From positions 8,093,067 through 8,157,066 of the forward strand of contig BDGG01000001.1 of NCBI GenBank assembly GCA_001949185.1: a DNA stretch of 64,000 nt, read 5' to 3'. Positions 12,479 to 26,000 of the stretch are shown in pieces. Within the stretch, counting starts at the first letter, position 1. Every line of letters begins with the position of its first letter. The notes beneath the pieces were generated by a model, which was not told the DNA's origin, made no database searches, and saw only the letters and a program-made list of their open reading frames with translations. The stretch comes from Ramazzottius varieornatus. Its lineage: Eukaryota > Animalia > Tardigrada. The position numbers and the translations under genes are program-made.

Positions 12479-14148
12479 CGCACGAACTTTTTTGCTTCCG
12501 AAATACACTTTTTGACATCAAGTTGTTCGGAACTCAGGGACCTCGCGTGGTAGAGCCGCCACTCTTCGTCACGGATAGAAGTATTACAACACAGTTGGCC
12601 GTTCCGGAAAGACTTCCCCGAAAATTCCGGGTGCTCATCAGCTGAGTCACCCTCACATGGAGGTTCCGCGCACACCTGCACCAGCGGTGCCTTTTGGTGC
12701 CTTTTTTCCACCTTAAAGCCTCTCCGATGTACGATTTTCCACCTTTCCACCCTAGACAACGAAGGTGCCTTACGCAAGGTAGAAAAGGTGCCTTAAGATA
12801 ATGGAGGGTGCCTTTGGTAAGTTGATTACTCGGAACGCAAAATTCTAGCACGAGTCTGACTCAATCAGGCGTGACTGGAATATAAAGCAAGCTCTCGTAC
12901 GAGCAAGCCACTGAGCTGCTGTAATTCAGCAGTTTTGACCGGCTGTGGGCGTGGATTTGGCCGGGGAACAGGGCAAATTTGATCAACGGCGGGGACGCGA
13001 TGAGCAGTGGGTCGCTGGGGCCCGGCCCAATCAAAATCTGGAAACAGGATCCCACTGGCCAGCTTTTTCTTCGCCCCTTCAGTACGAGTACCTTGGCATT
13101 GTCCTCTTTTAGGGGAGGTTATCGAGCATTCTAGCTCTTCAACATACGGGAGGAAGGAAACGCTTCCGTAAAAAATTTTCTGTATTTTGGAGCAGTGGTC
13201 ACAATAAAATTCACCGACATGCAATGCGAAAAAACGATGAACAGCTGTGCTGTGGATCTGCGAACACAAGTGTGTTTTCGGTGCGTTCTATCTCGACTCG
13301 AGCGTTCGTTCAAGAGCTAACGAGTATCAAAGTTGTAGATAACAACCTTGCCTAAGAAGTGATGGTTTTTCCGGACGGCGCTTTGCAATGCACGATCAAA
13401 ACACCTGCCACATCGGACAAGTGCGCTGAAAAGGTAGACAAAGGTCCATATTGGCACTGCCGGTACCACGCATAAGCTGTGTATATCGTCACGGCCCAAA
13501 ACTTTGACGGCTAGTGAATCAACATTCGCATGCATTCTGTCACCGGTTGTTTATTACGCAACCCGACAGAATAAGCTGCTCCCGAGCTGAATCAAACAAC
13601 TTCATAATTTCATACCTCGGAAACTCGATATGTCGCTGTCTGGAAAGTCTTTCCAGTCAAGAACACCTGAGACTGTCCCAATTAAAATCCGTGACTGAAT
13701 CGAACGACTATCTGCCGGCAGACCTCTCGTTCAAGAACTCAAATCACATCGTTAGGGCTTCAAAGTGTACGACGTTCACCTTGAAAAACCGGGAAGTCTT
13801 GGACTTGTTTTGTTTCACTCACTTTTCCAAGTAGTTTGAAGCAGCTGTACTGCAAAAGGTCTCCATGGTCGAGAATTCTTGTTACGGTTGAAATTTTGGC
13901 AGTTTATTTTGCAAGCCAGTTAGGGAGCGGCAGGCAGTCCAATAATTGTACACGTTTCATCAGCACGCACAATGATGCATTGAATGATGGTGTGCATGAG
14001 TTATGTATGATAACGGAACTGCCTGCCGCTCCCGAACTTGCTAAAAGATTAAGGTGCCACAGTTTTAACCGCAGGGGGCATCCCCGTCTATGGTCCGAGG
14101 ACTTCCAAATAAACAAACTCGAAATCTTCACCTCGCCATATTATCCCG

Positions 14149-14864
14149 TGTAATTACGGCGCAGTGTTGAGTGTTCCGGCATTAGAACCACGGAATACAG
14201 TACCCCCAGGCTGGATCAGGCTGAGCTCGGCTTTGGTCTGGGCCTAGCTACCCGGGCAGAGTCGGGCAGAGAGATATGTCCGGATAACGGTTTGGAGGAA
14301 TATAATATACCTAAGGGACCCTGAACCGCATGTTCATCAGGGGGAGGCTCGAGCGCCTAACAACACGATCCTGCTCTCAGGAAGATTCTCTGATTTGTTC
14401 TGATTTTTGTGAATATTTTGGTATTTTTCTGCTTTTGCTGAGTCATCAGGCATTACTTCGGATGTGATCAATTGTATTTTAATCAACCGTATTTTGATCA
14501 ACCGTATCAATTGTATTTCAATTAATAATATTTCTGAATTGATTAGAGCACTATTGATTATCCTGTCGATCGCACCACTGGTACTGTACGATCAACAGGG
14601 TAGTAGGTTACTGTTACTGGGTCGACTACCAATAGTTGACCATTGGCCTTGCTGGACTACCACTAGTGGTTGACCATTGGTCCTGATTGATTGAGCATTG
14701 GTCTTGCTGGGTCAGACAGAAGTCATCAGAGTTGACCACTAGCCTAGTAGGTCAAGTAGTTTGCTACTGTTTCGCCGGTTGCTGGCCTTGTCCGCGTGGC
14801 GAATATGCTATAGCGTATCTTCATGTCTGGTCATGTGTTATAGGCTATGTGGCCCGTAATTACA
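14149..14864. mobile_element. Solo-LTR-like segment with TG...CA ends
   Basis: Starts TGTAATTACGG and ends CCGTAATTACA (11-bp inverted ends); internal short repeats (ttgaccattgg; tcaaccgtat); no TSD found. Confidence 0.45.
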
Positions 14865-15016
14865 AAGGTACTCCCACTCCAAACGACTTCGCTACATAAT
14901 GAGATCACATTGGAGCAAAATCAATTTTTTATTGTAATCTGCCACATCATCGAAAGATATAAACTATCCAATTAAGGCGACTGTTCCGTAAGTACAAGTT
15001 TCTGCGGCTCAATTTG
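14857..15016. repeat. 160-bp direct repeat, copy 2
   Basis: Near-identical to 12319-12478. Confidence 0.92.
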
Positions 15017-15029
15017 GAAATTTCCATAC

Positions 15030-15597
15030 AGGACCACCTCAAAACGTATAATAGCTTTGGCATAAACAAACAGTGCTTCAAAGAACACAATGGCTGATGA
15101 GCAACTGGCTTTCCTAGTCTTGAGGCCATCAGCTCTGCCTGCCGAGTCTTCTCTTACAGGACTGCTGGTAATATGGGGGCTCCCAGAAGCATCAGATCCA
15201 AACTGCTGAGGGGGGTGGCAGTCCTGACTATGGCTTTGCCGAGCGACAGGGTTGTACGTTGTTCTTTCTTCCGCCAAACGAAGATCTCGCACTCGGCCAT
15301 GTCCGGTTCCAGACCTAGAACCGCACTTTGATCGGCTACTTGCTGGAAATCTTCAGTCACGCTGTGAACATCCCCTCGAATTGTGCCGTCGTCAGGATAC
15401 CAGTAATTAAAGTCGGACTTCAAGGGCTTCGAAACCTCTTTGGTCACCAGACAGAAGAACGGAGCTCCCAACGGGTCTCCCTGTAGGACTCCACGAGCTA
15501 ACCGAAGGATAGATGAGGTTGGAGGTCTGGCTGTGCACCTGGAAGCGAAGCGAAGTGAAAGTATTCCGGCATAGCTTTCTTAACTTCCGCTAATAAC
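15030..15597 (-). mobile_element. Non-LTR retrotransposon reverse-transcriptase fragment (CRE-clade-like), decayed
   Basis: RGVLQGDPLGAPFFCL, NYWYPDDGTIRG (degenerate YLDD), LGLEPDMAECEIF, LLGAPI, LKHCLFMPKLLYVLR. Confidence 0.8.
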
Positions 15598-18500
15598 CTT
15601 CAAAACAGCATTAAAAACAGTATTAAAAACATTTCTGAAGTTAAGCGTGAGTAACACTTGACATTCAGCATTGTTTCTTGACAGGCAAAGTCCAGTTTGC
15701 TAATGAAAAATCTGAAAGTTTTGAAGCTTTCTGGTTCTAATGCAGCACGACTAAACAAAAACCTTTGAGTATGGCTTCCGCATTCTAGGCAGAGGGAACG
15801 ATGGTGGATTCGAGGAGAGAACGCGAGGAAGGAGCCGTTGAGACTGGACGCATCGCCATGGCTGTGTCTTGCATTCTGGTTCGCAGGTTCTGGCTTGGCT
15901 GGACGATCTTCAGTAGCTGGTTCCCGTTTGCAAAGTTCCCTTTCCGAATCTTGAAAGCATTCACCAGGTTTTGCTCGCATCGCCGATGCCGCAGTGTTGT
16001 TGTCTTCCGCATTGTGACCAAGTTGTTTTGCAGAGTGTTAGCGAATACAGCCGAAACTTCACCGGTAGGTTGGATGTGGCCCTTACTTCATCGTAATAGG
16101 CGTTTGAAGGTGGATAGGAACTGTGAATAAAGATGTGCGACCTCGATAAACACGCGCGTTCTTCGTACACAACCGAGTGCGAAAAATGCTGGTGTTCGAG
16201 CAGAGGTGTATACGGCAGACATGATTGTGGACAAAACAACGCCTTTAGTGATTTTGCATTGCCATAACGCAAATCAGACTTCTCAACTCAGAAGTACACC
16301 GCACACGAAGAACGGAAAACGCAGGAGTTACTACAGGAAAACGATCCGGCTCTGTTGGACAGCAATCCATCAGATCTTGATTCTGGATTGTACATTCCCG
16401 GATATCGCCTTCACAGGAGCAGCTGACGCGTATCCAAGGATTGCTGAAGTTTTCAGACAAGTGCTTTGAAAGCCATGTCAAACTGCAGTCCTGCATACAA
16501 GAATACGTCTATGGAATGTGGGACTCAGTTTTAGAATACAGCATGACGTAGATCTCTGTCGTTAAAGAAAACTCAAACAAAACTTTTAGTATCAACGCAG
16601 TGTTTGGAAACCCAGAACCGATGTCAGGTTCAAGTGCGGTTCACAAACGAGAAAGCTAAAGACTGAAACCTCAAGACCAGCGCGGTAGACGGACTCATCG
16701 TGCGAATAAGTGCTATGCACAGGGCACAGGGATATTTTAGAACCGACTACACCCCCGATGAGCTGAAACAACGGGTTTTGGAAGTACTACTGGTTCACGT
16801 CCTTTCCTGAAGGTTTCGCAGATGTTGATGGACGCGAGGCTGTATAGATAGATTCTGCTACTAATTAAATTATAAGCGTTTATGCATCAGCCCGGCCTCG
16901 AACATTGACGCTAAAACTTACCGGGTCGGCAAATTTTTTACACCAGTGGTTTTTACCCAATACTTGAGCACACTTGTATATATCAAATTTTTATGGTCAA
17001 AGGCTGTTCTTGCTCCTGTAAGTACTGCGTCAATCGTTCATAGTTCTGGACTTTTCTCTTTGGTCCAGTCCTCTGGTCTGGCCAGGCCTGCGGTTAAACG
17101 TGCATGACAGCTGATACAACCTCCATTATTCAGAAACCTCAAAGAAGGATAGTTCTGATTTAGCGCCTACCGAGAATATCAGACGATAGAAGCCCCGACC
17201 GTGGTTTTCTAGAAAACCTTGACTATTCCACGACTGACATATTGCATAAATATATCTTCCGTTTCAAGCATGATTTAGAAGCAAACAAATGTTTTCCTTG
17301 AACCACTATCATGTAACGCAAAGCTAGGATATTAACGAATAGGCAAATTCACAAACACAATATCCAGTTCAAAAATCGACACAACGACGTAGTTTTCATT
17401 TACACAGTAAAGTTCGCGGCCCGAGTGAATTTTCGCAGCTGGAGTTTAACTTCGAAACTCTGGCGGGAACTTTGAAACTGAGGCGAGAATTTTCGCAGCG
17501 GCAGAGGGCAGTTTATAGATGCGTGTCTTCTTTTAGTTCCTCGCTTCTCTCCGTGGCAAATCTCAGGCGCGACCGACCAGAACCGTACAGGTATAGCCCT
17601 CCTTTTCTGGTAGGTCACGATTTTTTGGATCGCCCGTTTCTTTCTCCCCAGGCACAGACTACGCACGGGCGATGGTGCAAATCTGGCCTTGATATGAGCG
17701 AACTGCAGTTGTATGTGTTAACGAACAGGCAGTCTCCCTTCGTTAGCTGGAGCGACAGTGCGTTTCGAGCAACCGGCCTGAGCGGCCCTAAAGCCGGGCA
17801 AGAAAGCCGCTGTGTCTTACCACAATATATCTTGCGCAAAGGTATACAGTATTTTTTCGCGACAGTCGACTCCGAAACGGGTCGGTTGGAATTGGCCAGT
17901 CAGAACCTGTGAATATGAGTTTTGGTAACAGCAGCGAACGTACAACGTTCGAGCAACGGTTTGGCTCGCTACGTCAGCGCCACCATTCTCATTCCCAGCT
18001 GTTTTCCGCAAAATATATAGCGCTGCGCAACCGCTCAGCAGGACATGTTTTACACCACGGACAAAGCGACGAAAAGCCTCCATTGCAGGGTTTTCAGACT
18101 TCCTCTGATCCACCGAACAAATGGGAACCCTGCGAGCGCTGAGTTTTTCGGCAGGCCTAGGGCCTACGCGGTGGGTGGAATCGCAGTTCGAGTGAGCAGA
18201 TCTCCTTAGTCCGTTCCATTCGAACAAAAAGGACCCAAAGAAGGAGAGAAACATCCGCACGGTTTTGAATCACTCGAGCGTAAATTTCAGCGAAGAGAGA
18301 AAGCGACGGAGTAAAGAAAAAATACGTTTACAGGTTAAGATTTTACGTTGAAACAATTTTCGCTAGAAGGTGAAGTTTCACACAAAACCCGAAACGGAAA
18401 ATGGTGCAAACCATAACTGTGGCAAAGCATTTCATGTGCTCCGGCATACTGTGGCTGGACTGTTAAATTAAATAATTTCAAATAATAATGTTAACGCAAA

Positions 18501-19837
18501 CGACGCGCCGTAAAATCTGGCTAAAATCGGGCTTTAAACACGCTACTGTAAGCGTGACGGAGTTGATGTTTTCTTGTCATTTGACAAATGTTGTGGCGCC
18601 TGCAAATGACTGCATGCAGTGGCAAAAGCGTTATGCTTACTGTAATGATGCTGCCCGGTACGACTTTGTGTACAACATCGGATCATGTACAGAAATTCTC
18701 CGGGTTATTTGAAAGAGTATTGTGGTTGCAGCTCGAGGCGCTTGAACGAGCAAACTACTGTAGTCTAGAACCAAGCAGAGAAACTCACCACGCTCTGCTT
18801 TTTCAGTCCCACAGTTGAATCCAACAGTCTTTTTGTTCTAACTAGGTTGATGTTAATTTCCACATGCGCACTGCTAGTTTCCCACCGGCTCCGTTTGTTC
18901 CCGTGCTTTATAAGAAAAAGCATGTCATACTGAAGGCGGAGGTAGTTAACTGGAGGCGGAATCTCCAAATGATCAGTTAAATTATGCTTTATCATTTAGC
19001 TTGATCGATGGTAAAGTCCTGGAAAGTTCGTGAGGACATTACAGATGGTGTGCTCAAAACGGACAGGAAAGCTTTTCGATAGATTCACAAGTATCGCGTA
19101 TTGATCTTGTTGGAATACGGTTTACCTGGCTGGAATAATACTTCCGTTGAGCTATCCCCTTGTCGCTGACACGATGTTACTAAGACAATCAAATATAAGA
19201 CCCGTCCAGGGTGTTTACTTCCGTGACTCTGCGAGATCGTGCGCATTTGTGCTTTTTGCATGCTCCACCCTTTGGCTTGTTTTAGTTTTTCTGGTAAGCA
19301 GACAACCCACTGCGCTCTATTCGCGGTCTATTCGCATTTGAATAAAGTCCAGTTGTATTTCACGAGCTGACCCTATACTTTTTCATTAACGGGGATTTTC
19401 AGCTGGTTTTTAGTGGTTTCTGTTAACCTGCTATATGATTTTTTGTTAACAGGCATGCTTTGGAAAACTGATGGAATTTTGTAAGAACGAGTACAAACTT
19501 CATAGGGGCAAAATCCGAATAGCTTTGAAAATTTGCTTCATCCGCCGCTGTGAAATTCGTGCACGTTTTGGTCGAATCTTCGTTCGTTAAGTAGATCGGC
19601 TTCGTTTTCTTCAGAGTTACAGTCACCCACTTTTCGATGCGTCATGTGAAAGGTAAACGATATACTGATACAACAAAGGAAAGAATTCAGAACAGCAGCG
19701 ATGAAAACGCTTCACTAGAATTCTTTATGTTTGCCCAAGAAGATTGCCTTACGAAATTAGTCAAGAGGACTGAGAACAGCGGCTCCATGACTGCATCAGA
19801 GAAGCTGACAGTTTTCAAAACGATTTTTGGCACGACA

Positions 19838-20620
19838 GCATCACGGGAAATGGAACAGGTGGTGGGAAAGGAGTGCGGATACATGGATCATGATATTAGA
19901 AAACCATGGTCCGCATCGTTTGGGACATGATCGTATCACCATGGAGTGATTCATTGATCGTGCTGGGTTTGGTTATATTACAAGGAAGAACCCAAGGTAC
20001 GCGAATACACTTTCGATCGAAGGAGGATTTCTGGAAGAACATTAACCGGGTTTACCTCGAAAATTTTTGTTGGCTTTATTAAATGACTCAACCAATACAT
20101 CAGTGCTGTCGTTGAAGGGCCACTCCAGAAAATTTACGCCGGGGCGGCGGGGCCAGAATTCAGTTGGTGGCGGCGTATGCGGGTGCCATATTGTCTATAG
20201 TGTCTGTTCGAATTAATTATGCAAAAGAAACCCAACGATATTTGATAACTAACTCCGAAATAAATTATGAGAGTTATGCTTAATGCTGAGGGGCGGCCAG
20301 TAGCGCTATGCGAAGCAGAGGTCCCAAAATGCCGCTTGATATTTCATCGTACATCCAGATGTCCGTTCAAATTTAATAGCAATAGTACAGAAACAATACT
20401 TTAGCAGTGATTTTTCTGTGAATATTTACGGGTGGAAATATATTTCGGATACTAGACTCGTTCTCGGAGAGACTCGTTCTCGGAGCCTAGATCACGAGGG
20501 CCAAGTATCACGTTTCCCGCAACTTTATGATCCGGGAAGTGGAGAAGTGGGAAACGTTACTCGGGACGTGATAGGTTCCCACGAGTTCCGGGAATCAAGT
20601 GCGGGGAAATGTAGTATAAT
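19838..20620 (+). repeat. Dispersed repeat copy 2 (inverted homolog of 630-1520)
   Basis: Two homologous blocks in the same order as copy 1, with a different middle section. Confidence 0.75.
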
Positions 20621-22916
20621 GGGCACTTCAAGAAGGTGCTTTGACGAACTTCCGTCTATTAGCATCGAGCCACGGCTTTGCACCTTTGTCGACAGTGGCA
20701 TCCTGAGCTCAAAATTTCTATTGCCATCCACCCAAATGCCATACAAGAGTCTGTCTGGTCCGGTGGCTGAGCACGCGTGTCCAATGTGGCGGCCAACGAA
20801 CCGAGTGCTGCAGAGGCGGCTGGGGTCAATGCTTAAAGATTTTTAAAGAGTATTCGCCTGAGCAAGCTTCCAAAAGGATGACATGACTTCAGTTAAATCT
20901 CCAACATCTCGCGGAAGGCTAAGCCGTATTAGTCTCCAATCCCTCCACTGTAGAACAGAAACAGGAGTAACATGCACGAACTGGAGTCCATTTAGGTATA
21001 ATAAAGTCCTAAGAGGCCTAGTAGTCCGAGGGCGGCCGTGAGGCGAAACTGTCGAGGAGATCTCGTCCGAGGACTCGGTCGCCTTTGCCTTTCGAGGTTT
21101 TGTCGAAGCACCTTACGCCTGCACCCGCTGCCACACAAGCACCCGCCCAGGACCAAGGCCAACAAAAGCGACGACAAGCAAGGCAAAGATAAAGGGAAGG
21201 TCTTGAGCGAAGAAGTTGTAAAGGGGCTGACTTGTTCTGGAGGTGACGGCCTGCTTGCTGGATGCGACTGCGCCCAGCTCAGCCAACTACAGAGTTCCTT
21301 CACCCTATATAACCGGTGCATTTTTGGTTATTTATCGGGGCTGTCTGCGCCATCTGAACCCGTGTACTGGATATGCACGCAGCACACAGCAATTCAACAC
21401 GTCCGCTTGACTTGGCACAGCGTCTCTATTGTTTTCAATTTTTTGCGCCACGTATAATCACTCAAACAAACAGCCGTCTCTAAACCTTCTTCCTTTTGGT
21501 ACCAACGATACCAAGTTACAGTATTAATTCTTGGAAGACGATAGTTGTCTTGCGAGAAAAAAGTCACTAGGACGTCATCTCTACGAGGTCAGAAAAACTA
21601 CGCAGTCAGTCTTAGTTTCCCGCGTGTAGCCAGTATAGTCCTAAATTTCTTTGCGGGCGAGATCTCGCGCGCGTAGCCGTTTCGGAACATTATAGCAGAA
21701 GGGCTCTCTGAAAACTGTCTTTCGATTTCTACTTGGTCTGGCCTATATGTGCTTTACGTGCATAGCTTACTCTGCCCTTGGAGAAAGTATGCTCCCTAAC
21801 ATCGGACTCCAGTTTCAAATGGCTTCCCTAGCGGAATTTCTCCCATCATGATCTCCCGCTGATTTCCGGTTCTGTCTGGCTTAGAATGGAGAAAGATGTG
21901 AGGTGATGTTCAAGAATAAATTCAGGAAATCAGAACCTAATAGGAGCTGAGAACAATATCAGTTATTAAAGTACGCGCCAGTTTAGCCAGTTGGAGAAGT
22001 TACCCTGATGTCACAGCCATCAAAACCGCCCTGAGGTTTCAGCTATGGTCCGGATATGAACCCATAGAACCCCCCCCTCCCACACTCCCTCCCCAAATGA
22101 CACGACAATGACATTAGTGGTTTATCGCTAGGAAATATATGTCTTTCGGACATGATAAGGTTCTGAATATTTCAAGGTTTTCACTGGGGCCAACACCCTC
22201 GTAAAACTCAAAAAGATGATTTTATTATTTTCTGTGCCACTGCTGTTCACACCCGCAGACAGCAACAGAAAGAGAACAGAGGGTAGAAACTCAGGAAGTG
22301 TATTACTCTATTCTAGGCAAGTTATAATACTCGATGCAGGCCAGCCATCAAACGGGATGTCGCTCAAGAAACCAACAGTGCATGACAGAGAAAAACTTCG
22401 ACGGTAAGTTAATGTCCAATCTGGTTTGAGCCGAGACGATTCAGTTATCCAGCAAAAAAAATCACCGGGGTGTACAAAATTCCCAGAACAGTGAAAACAA
22501 CGTCTAAGAAGGGAGCAAAATGGTCAGACGGCGGCTGTTCCGAGTATTCCGCTTAAAACAACTTAATTTATTACTTGAAAATCCCAGGGCGATATCGCCG
22601 ATGAACGCATCTCTAACTTCTGGTCGCCACCTGACACAAGAGCGAGAAGTTCCAAAACACCTGCGCCGTGGCAGAACGAAACTCCGCTTCCACTTTCGGT
22701 ACCAAGGAACAGGTTAAGAAGCAGGCAATACCTCTGAAAGGGTGCAAATGACATCAGCAATAATAACAGCCTCCGCTAATTGTACAACTGATGACTGGGT
22801 GACGTAACGCTGTTGCATCAGATGTTAATGAGCCCTAAGACTCCCTTCTTTGATCTTTTCGCCATAAGCTCAGGCTTGCCATAGACAGAGCGCGTTTAAG
22901 GGCTTAGAATATAGAG

Positions 22917-23087
22917 ATTGCGGAAACTCATCAGGGACGAGGCGTTAGGATCAGAATCAGGAAGTTCATTCGGAAAAACCCACAACATTGGCACCGCATC
23001 AATGAATCACTTGCCAATGTTGTCGTTTTTCTGAATGGATTTCCTGATCCTGATCCTGACGCCTCGTCCCTGACAGGTTTCCGCAAT
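22917..23087. mobile_element. Hairpin MITE (about 170 bp)
   Basis: attgcggaaac..tcagggacgaggcgttaggatcagaatcaggaa..caacattggca mirrors tgccaatgttg..ttcctgatcctgatcctgacgcctcgtccctga..gtttccgcaat. Confidence 0.8.
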
Positions 23088-26000
23088 ACCTGAACAGCTT
23101 TCTACGATGACTTAAGCGGTCTATGACTCATTCTAACCGCCACTAGGCAGGCCGGTAGGTGGCTCTCTCGCAATAATATGAAATACTCGGATGAAAGTTA
23201 TACTTCCAGGCGCAGGAAGCAACAAACGGAATTAATACTAGGAAAAAAATTGATAAAATTAATTTTCCCTGCCGATATACGATATTAGACGCGGCACCCT
23301 GGGACGGACGCTAGTGCAGGTCTGGTTCTGCGTCCGAACTGATGCAGGCGCACCCTCACGCTGTACGCAAACGTTTTCCCTCAAAATTTCAAGCCCCTTT
23401 AAAGTTTTCCCCCGTAGACCACCTGACCACTGGTCAGACGGCACAATCAACTCCAACATCGTGTTCCCCGATATCTGTCACACCAGATTGCGCCAGCAGC
23501 TTAACTTCGCCCGTGGGGTCACAAACTTCAAACTCTTTTTCTGAAAAGTTTGGCTGGCAATCGTTCGTCCGCAAAATGGGGCGCTGATACCCATATATAT
23601 AATTTTGGCAGCGTACCCTGTACGAGAAGCCGGTTTAATTTTTGAGGGTAGACATAATATTCTGTGTTTTCAGGTGGTACACCTAAACTTTTCAGCCACT
23701 TGTCTAAACTTCATTACCGCGACAAATCGCGAAAAATTGAACCCGAAGTGCGGCTCAACGTACAAAAGAATTGATGTCAAAAAAGACCTATTCCGAGCGA
23801 AATCACTTTGGACGCAGTCGGTTATGCAAATACCCACATACTATTCAAAAATTTTCCAGAACCGCCGGGGTTTTGTTCTGGACTTCCTTATCATCCGTTT
23901 ACAGTAAAATATTAGTTGTATAGACGGTAGTGATGAAACATCCCTCTGCCCTAGTTTTTCGCTCAAAAATATCATTCAAAGTTTTTGCAAAATTTTGAAT
24001 TAGAATAGCTAAACTGTGCTATAACTCAGAGCCCGGCATTAACCTTTTCTCGAACTTTTTGTTAGCTACTTTAATTACTGGTTTGTCATGGGTACCTGCG
24101 ACCTGTTCCGCAAAGGAAAACAAATAAATCAACGAAAGGAAGACTGCGTATTTGTTTGACTGAGCTGCATTGCATCATTAATATGGATCTAATGTGGGAC
24201 CAGTTATAGGGTTTTCAATGCGGTAGCAAAAGTGGGATCATCTGGTCCCATATTGATTCCTGGTCTAAATAGCACCCTGGCTGCGGTATACGTTGGTAAT
24301 ATGGGACGGCGGTGGAAGCTAAAGGGGCACATAGATCTTTTACGCAGTTCTTTTCTCTTCATTTCACGGACATCCTGTGTCAAGTTTTCTACGTTGGCAT
24401 CAAACCTTCTTGTTGTCTTTTTGAACCAAATTTCTGAAACGCGTATTTGGCAGATGTGAATTGGGAGCATGAAAAATGTTGCACGCGTGCCACTCTTACC
24501 GTGTTGCCGAAGAGAACTCATTCCCGACTACTAACCAATACCCGACTCAGTCGAAAATGCTTGGGGGGGGGGGGCACTACTCAGCAACCGTAACCCGTGG
24601 TGCCTACTTCAGGTAGGCGCTATCGCCATACCTAACCACCTCGATTCTCGCCCACATTCACGAATCATTACAAGTAATTTACAAGTGATTTACAAGTCAT
24701 TTACAATCTGGGAGCGTTCAAGTGATACGTGAGACTTTGATATTATGAGCCGCTATCCCTACTTCCCCTGATCCCTGCGTAAGATTTCTACTTCCCAGAG
24801 CTACTAACTGCAGCCTCATTTATCGTTTCATCGCTGCTGCTACAAAATCGATGGCTATAGCTTTCAGCTGCCATACTGTACGTTACTAAGCGTTTGTCGC
24901 TGCGACGTTTGGTTCGGCCATGGGAAGGAAAAGATCAAGTGCGGCTGCTAATCTCAGTGAATTCCAACTTTTCTGGCGAAATCCAGATCTAGCGACACTC
25001 ATATTGAACAGAGTTAAGCGAAACTTGACACATTTGATGTGAATCTAGATGCTCCATTATCTAGCATCTGCGCTTTTATCTGGAACGAGGAAACAAGTTT
25101 GACAAAAACAAAAGTAGTTGTGGAAAATACTTGAAAAATCAATCCATTCGCCACTTTCGCGTTTTGGCTTCGGACTTTCCAAGTCGTACGTCTGAGCACC
25201 AAAGTCAGAACCGAGATTTCTGTGATGCCCAAAAGAAGATGCTGCAGACTCTCAAACAACAATGAAGGAAAGTTGTCTTCGCTCTGTATGTCGAACGAAT
25301 TTGCACGAAGTTGACCCAGCCGCACTGTACTTCCGGCTTCAGATTATTAACAAGTAAAATTTGTACTGAATTAGAAGTCTGCGAGTTCTCGAATTAATTT
25401 AGTTCTCGAACCACTTTCGAGAATCTAATTAATGCAAACGACTATGAAGAAACAAAGTATCCGATGCGGTTCAACGGAAAATCTGATCAAGAGAAATTAA
25501 ACAAGAATTATTAATGTTTGCTGCGTATTAATGTATCCTTGTGTTCTAATGTTTCCCCGGACTTTTGATTCTTTTCCCCGTAGTGGTTCCCCTGCTTTAA
25601 GAGAAGTACTGTAAATGTTCGATGGCATCGCGCAGTACGTCACAGGAAACGCGCATTTGACCGCAAGTGAAAATACTCCCCATAGCCGGCCGAGTTGATT
25701 GTTTGACTTTCTCTTATTCCACTTGTTAAATTGCGTTTATTTCGAGACAGAAACCTAGACTTTTAATTTCTCGAATTGTCTTCTTCTCTATGATGGATAA
25801 TTGAACATCCTGAAGCGTGGATGGAGATTAAACTGCTTTTAAGGGCGTATGCGAGGATGGTGGAAAATTCCAGAATCGACACTCGGACGATGGACGTACC
25901 CTAGTCGGACAACATTCAAAAAAAGTACGCTTTGTAAAAATTGTAGCTGCTTCCGTCAACGAAAAAGCTCGTGTTTTGAGGTCTTACCAAAAAGGAAACT

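Noticed and set aside
16230-16430. DSGLYIPGYRLHRS resembles a LINE APE endonuclease segment
   Set aside because: The diagnostic ETW and GGGV motifs are absent; too short to support.
17472-18260. 146-aa and 147-aa ORFs on opposite strands
   Set aside because: Unidentifiable; no start or splice support.
18428-18472. FHVLRHTVAG resembles the tyrosine-recombinase HxLRH motif
   Set aside because: Followed at once by a stop; no catalytic Tyr or upstream Arg motif; likely chance.
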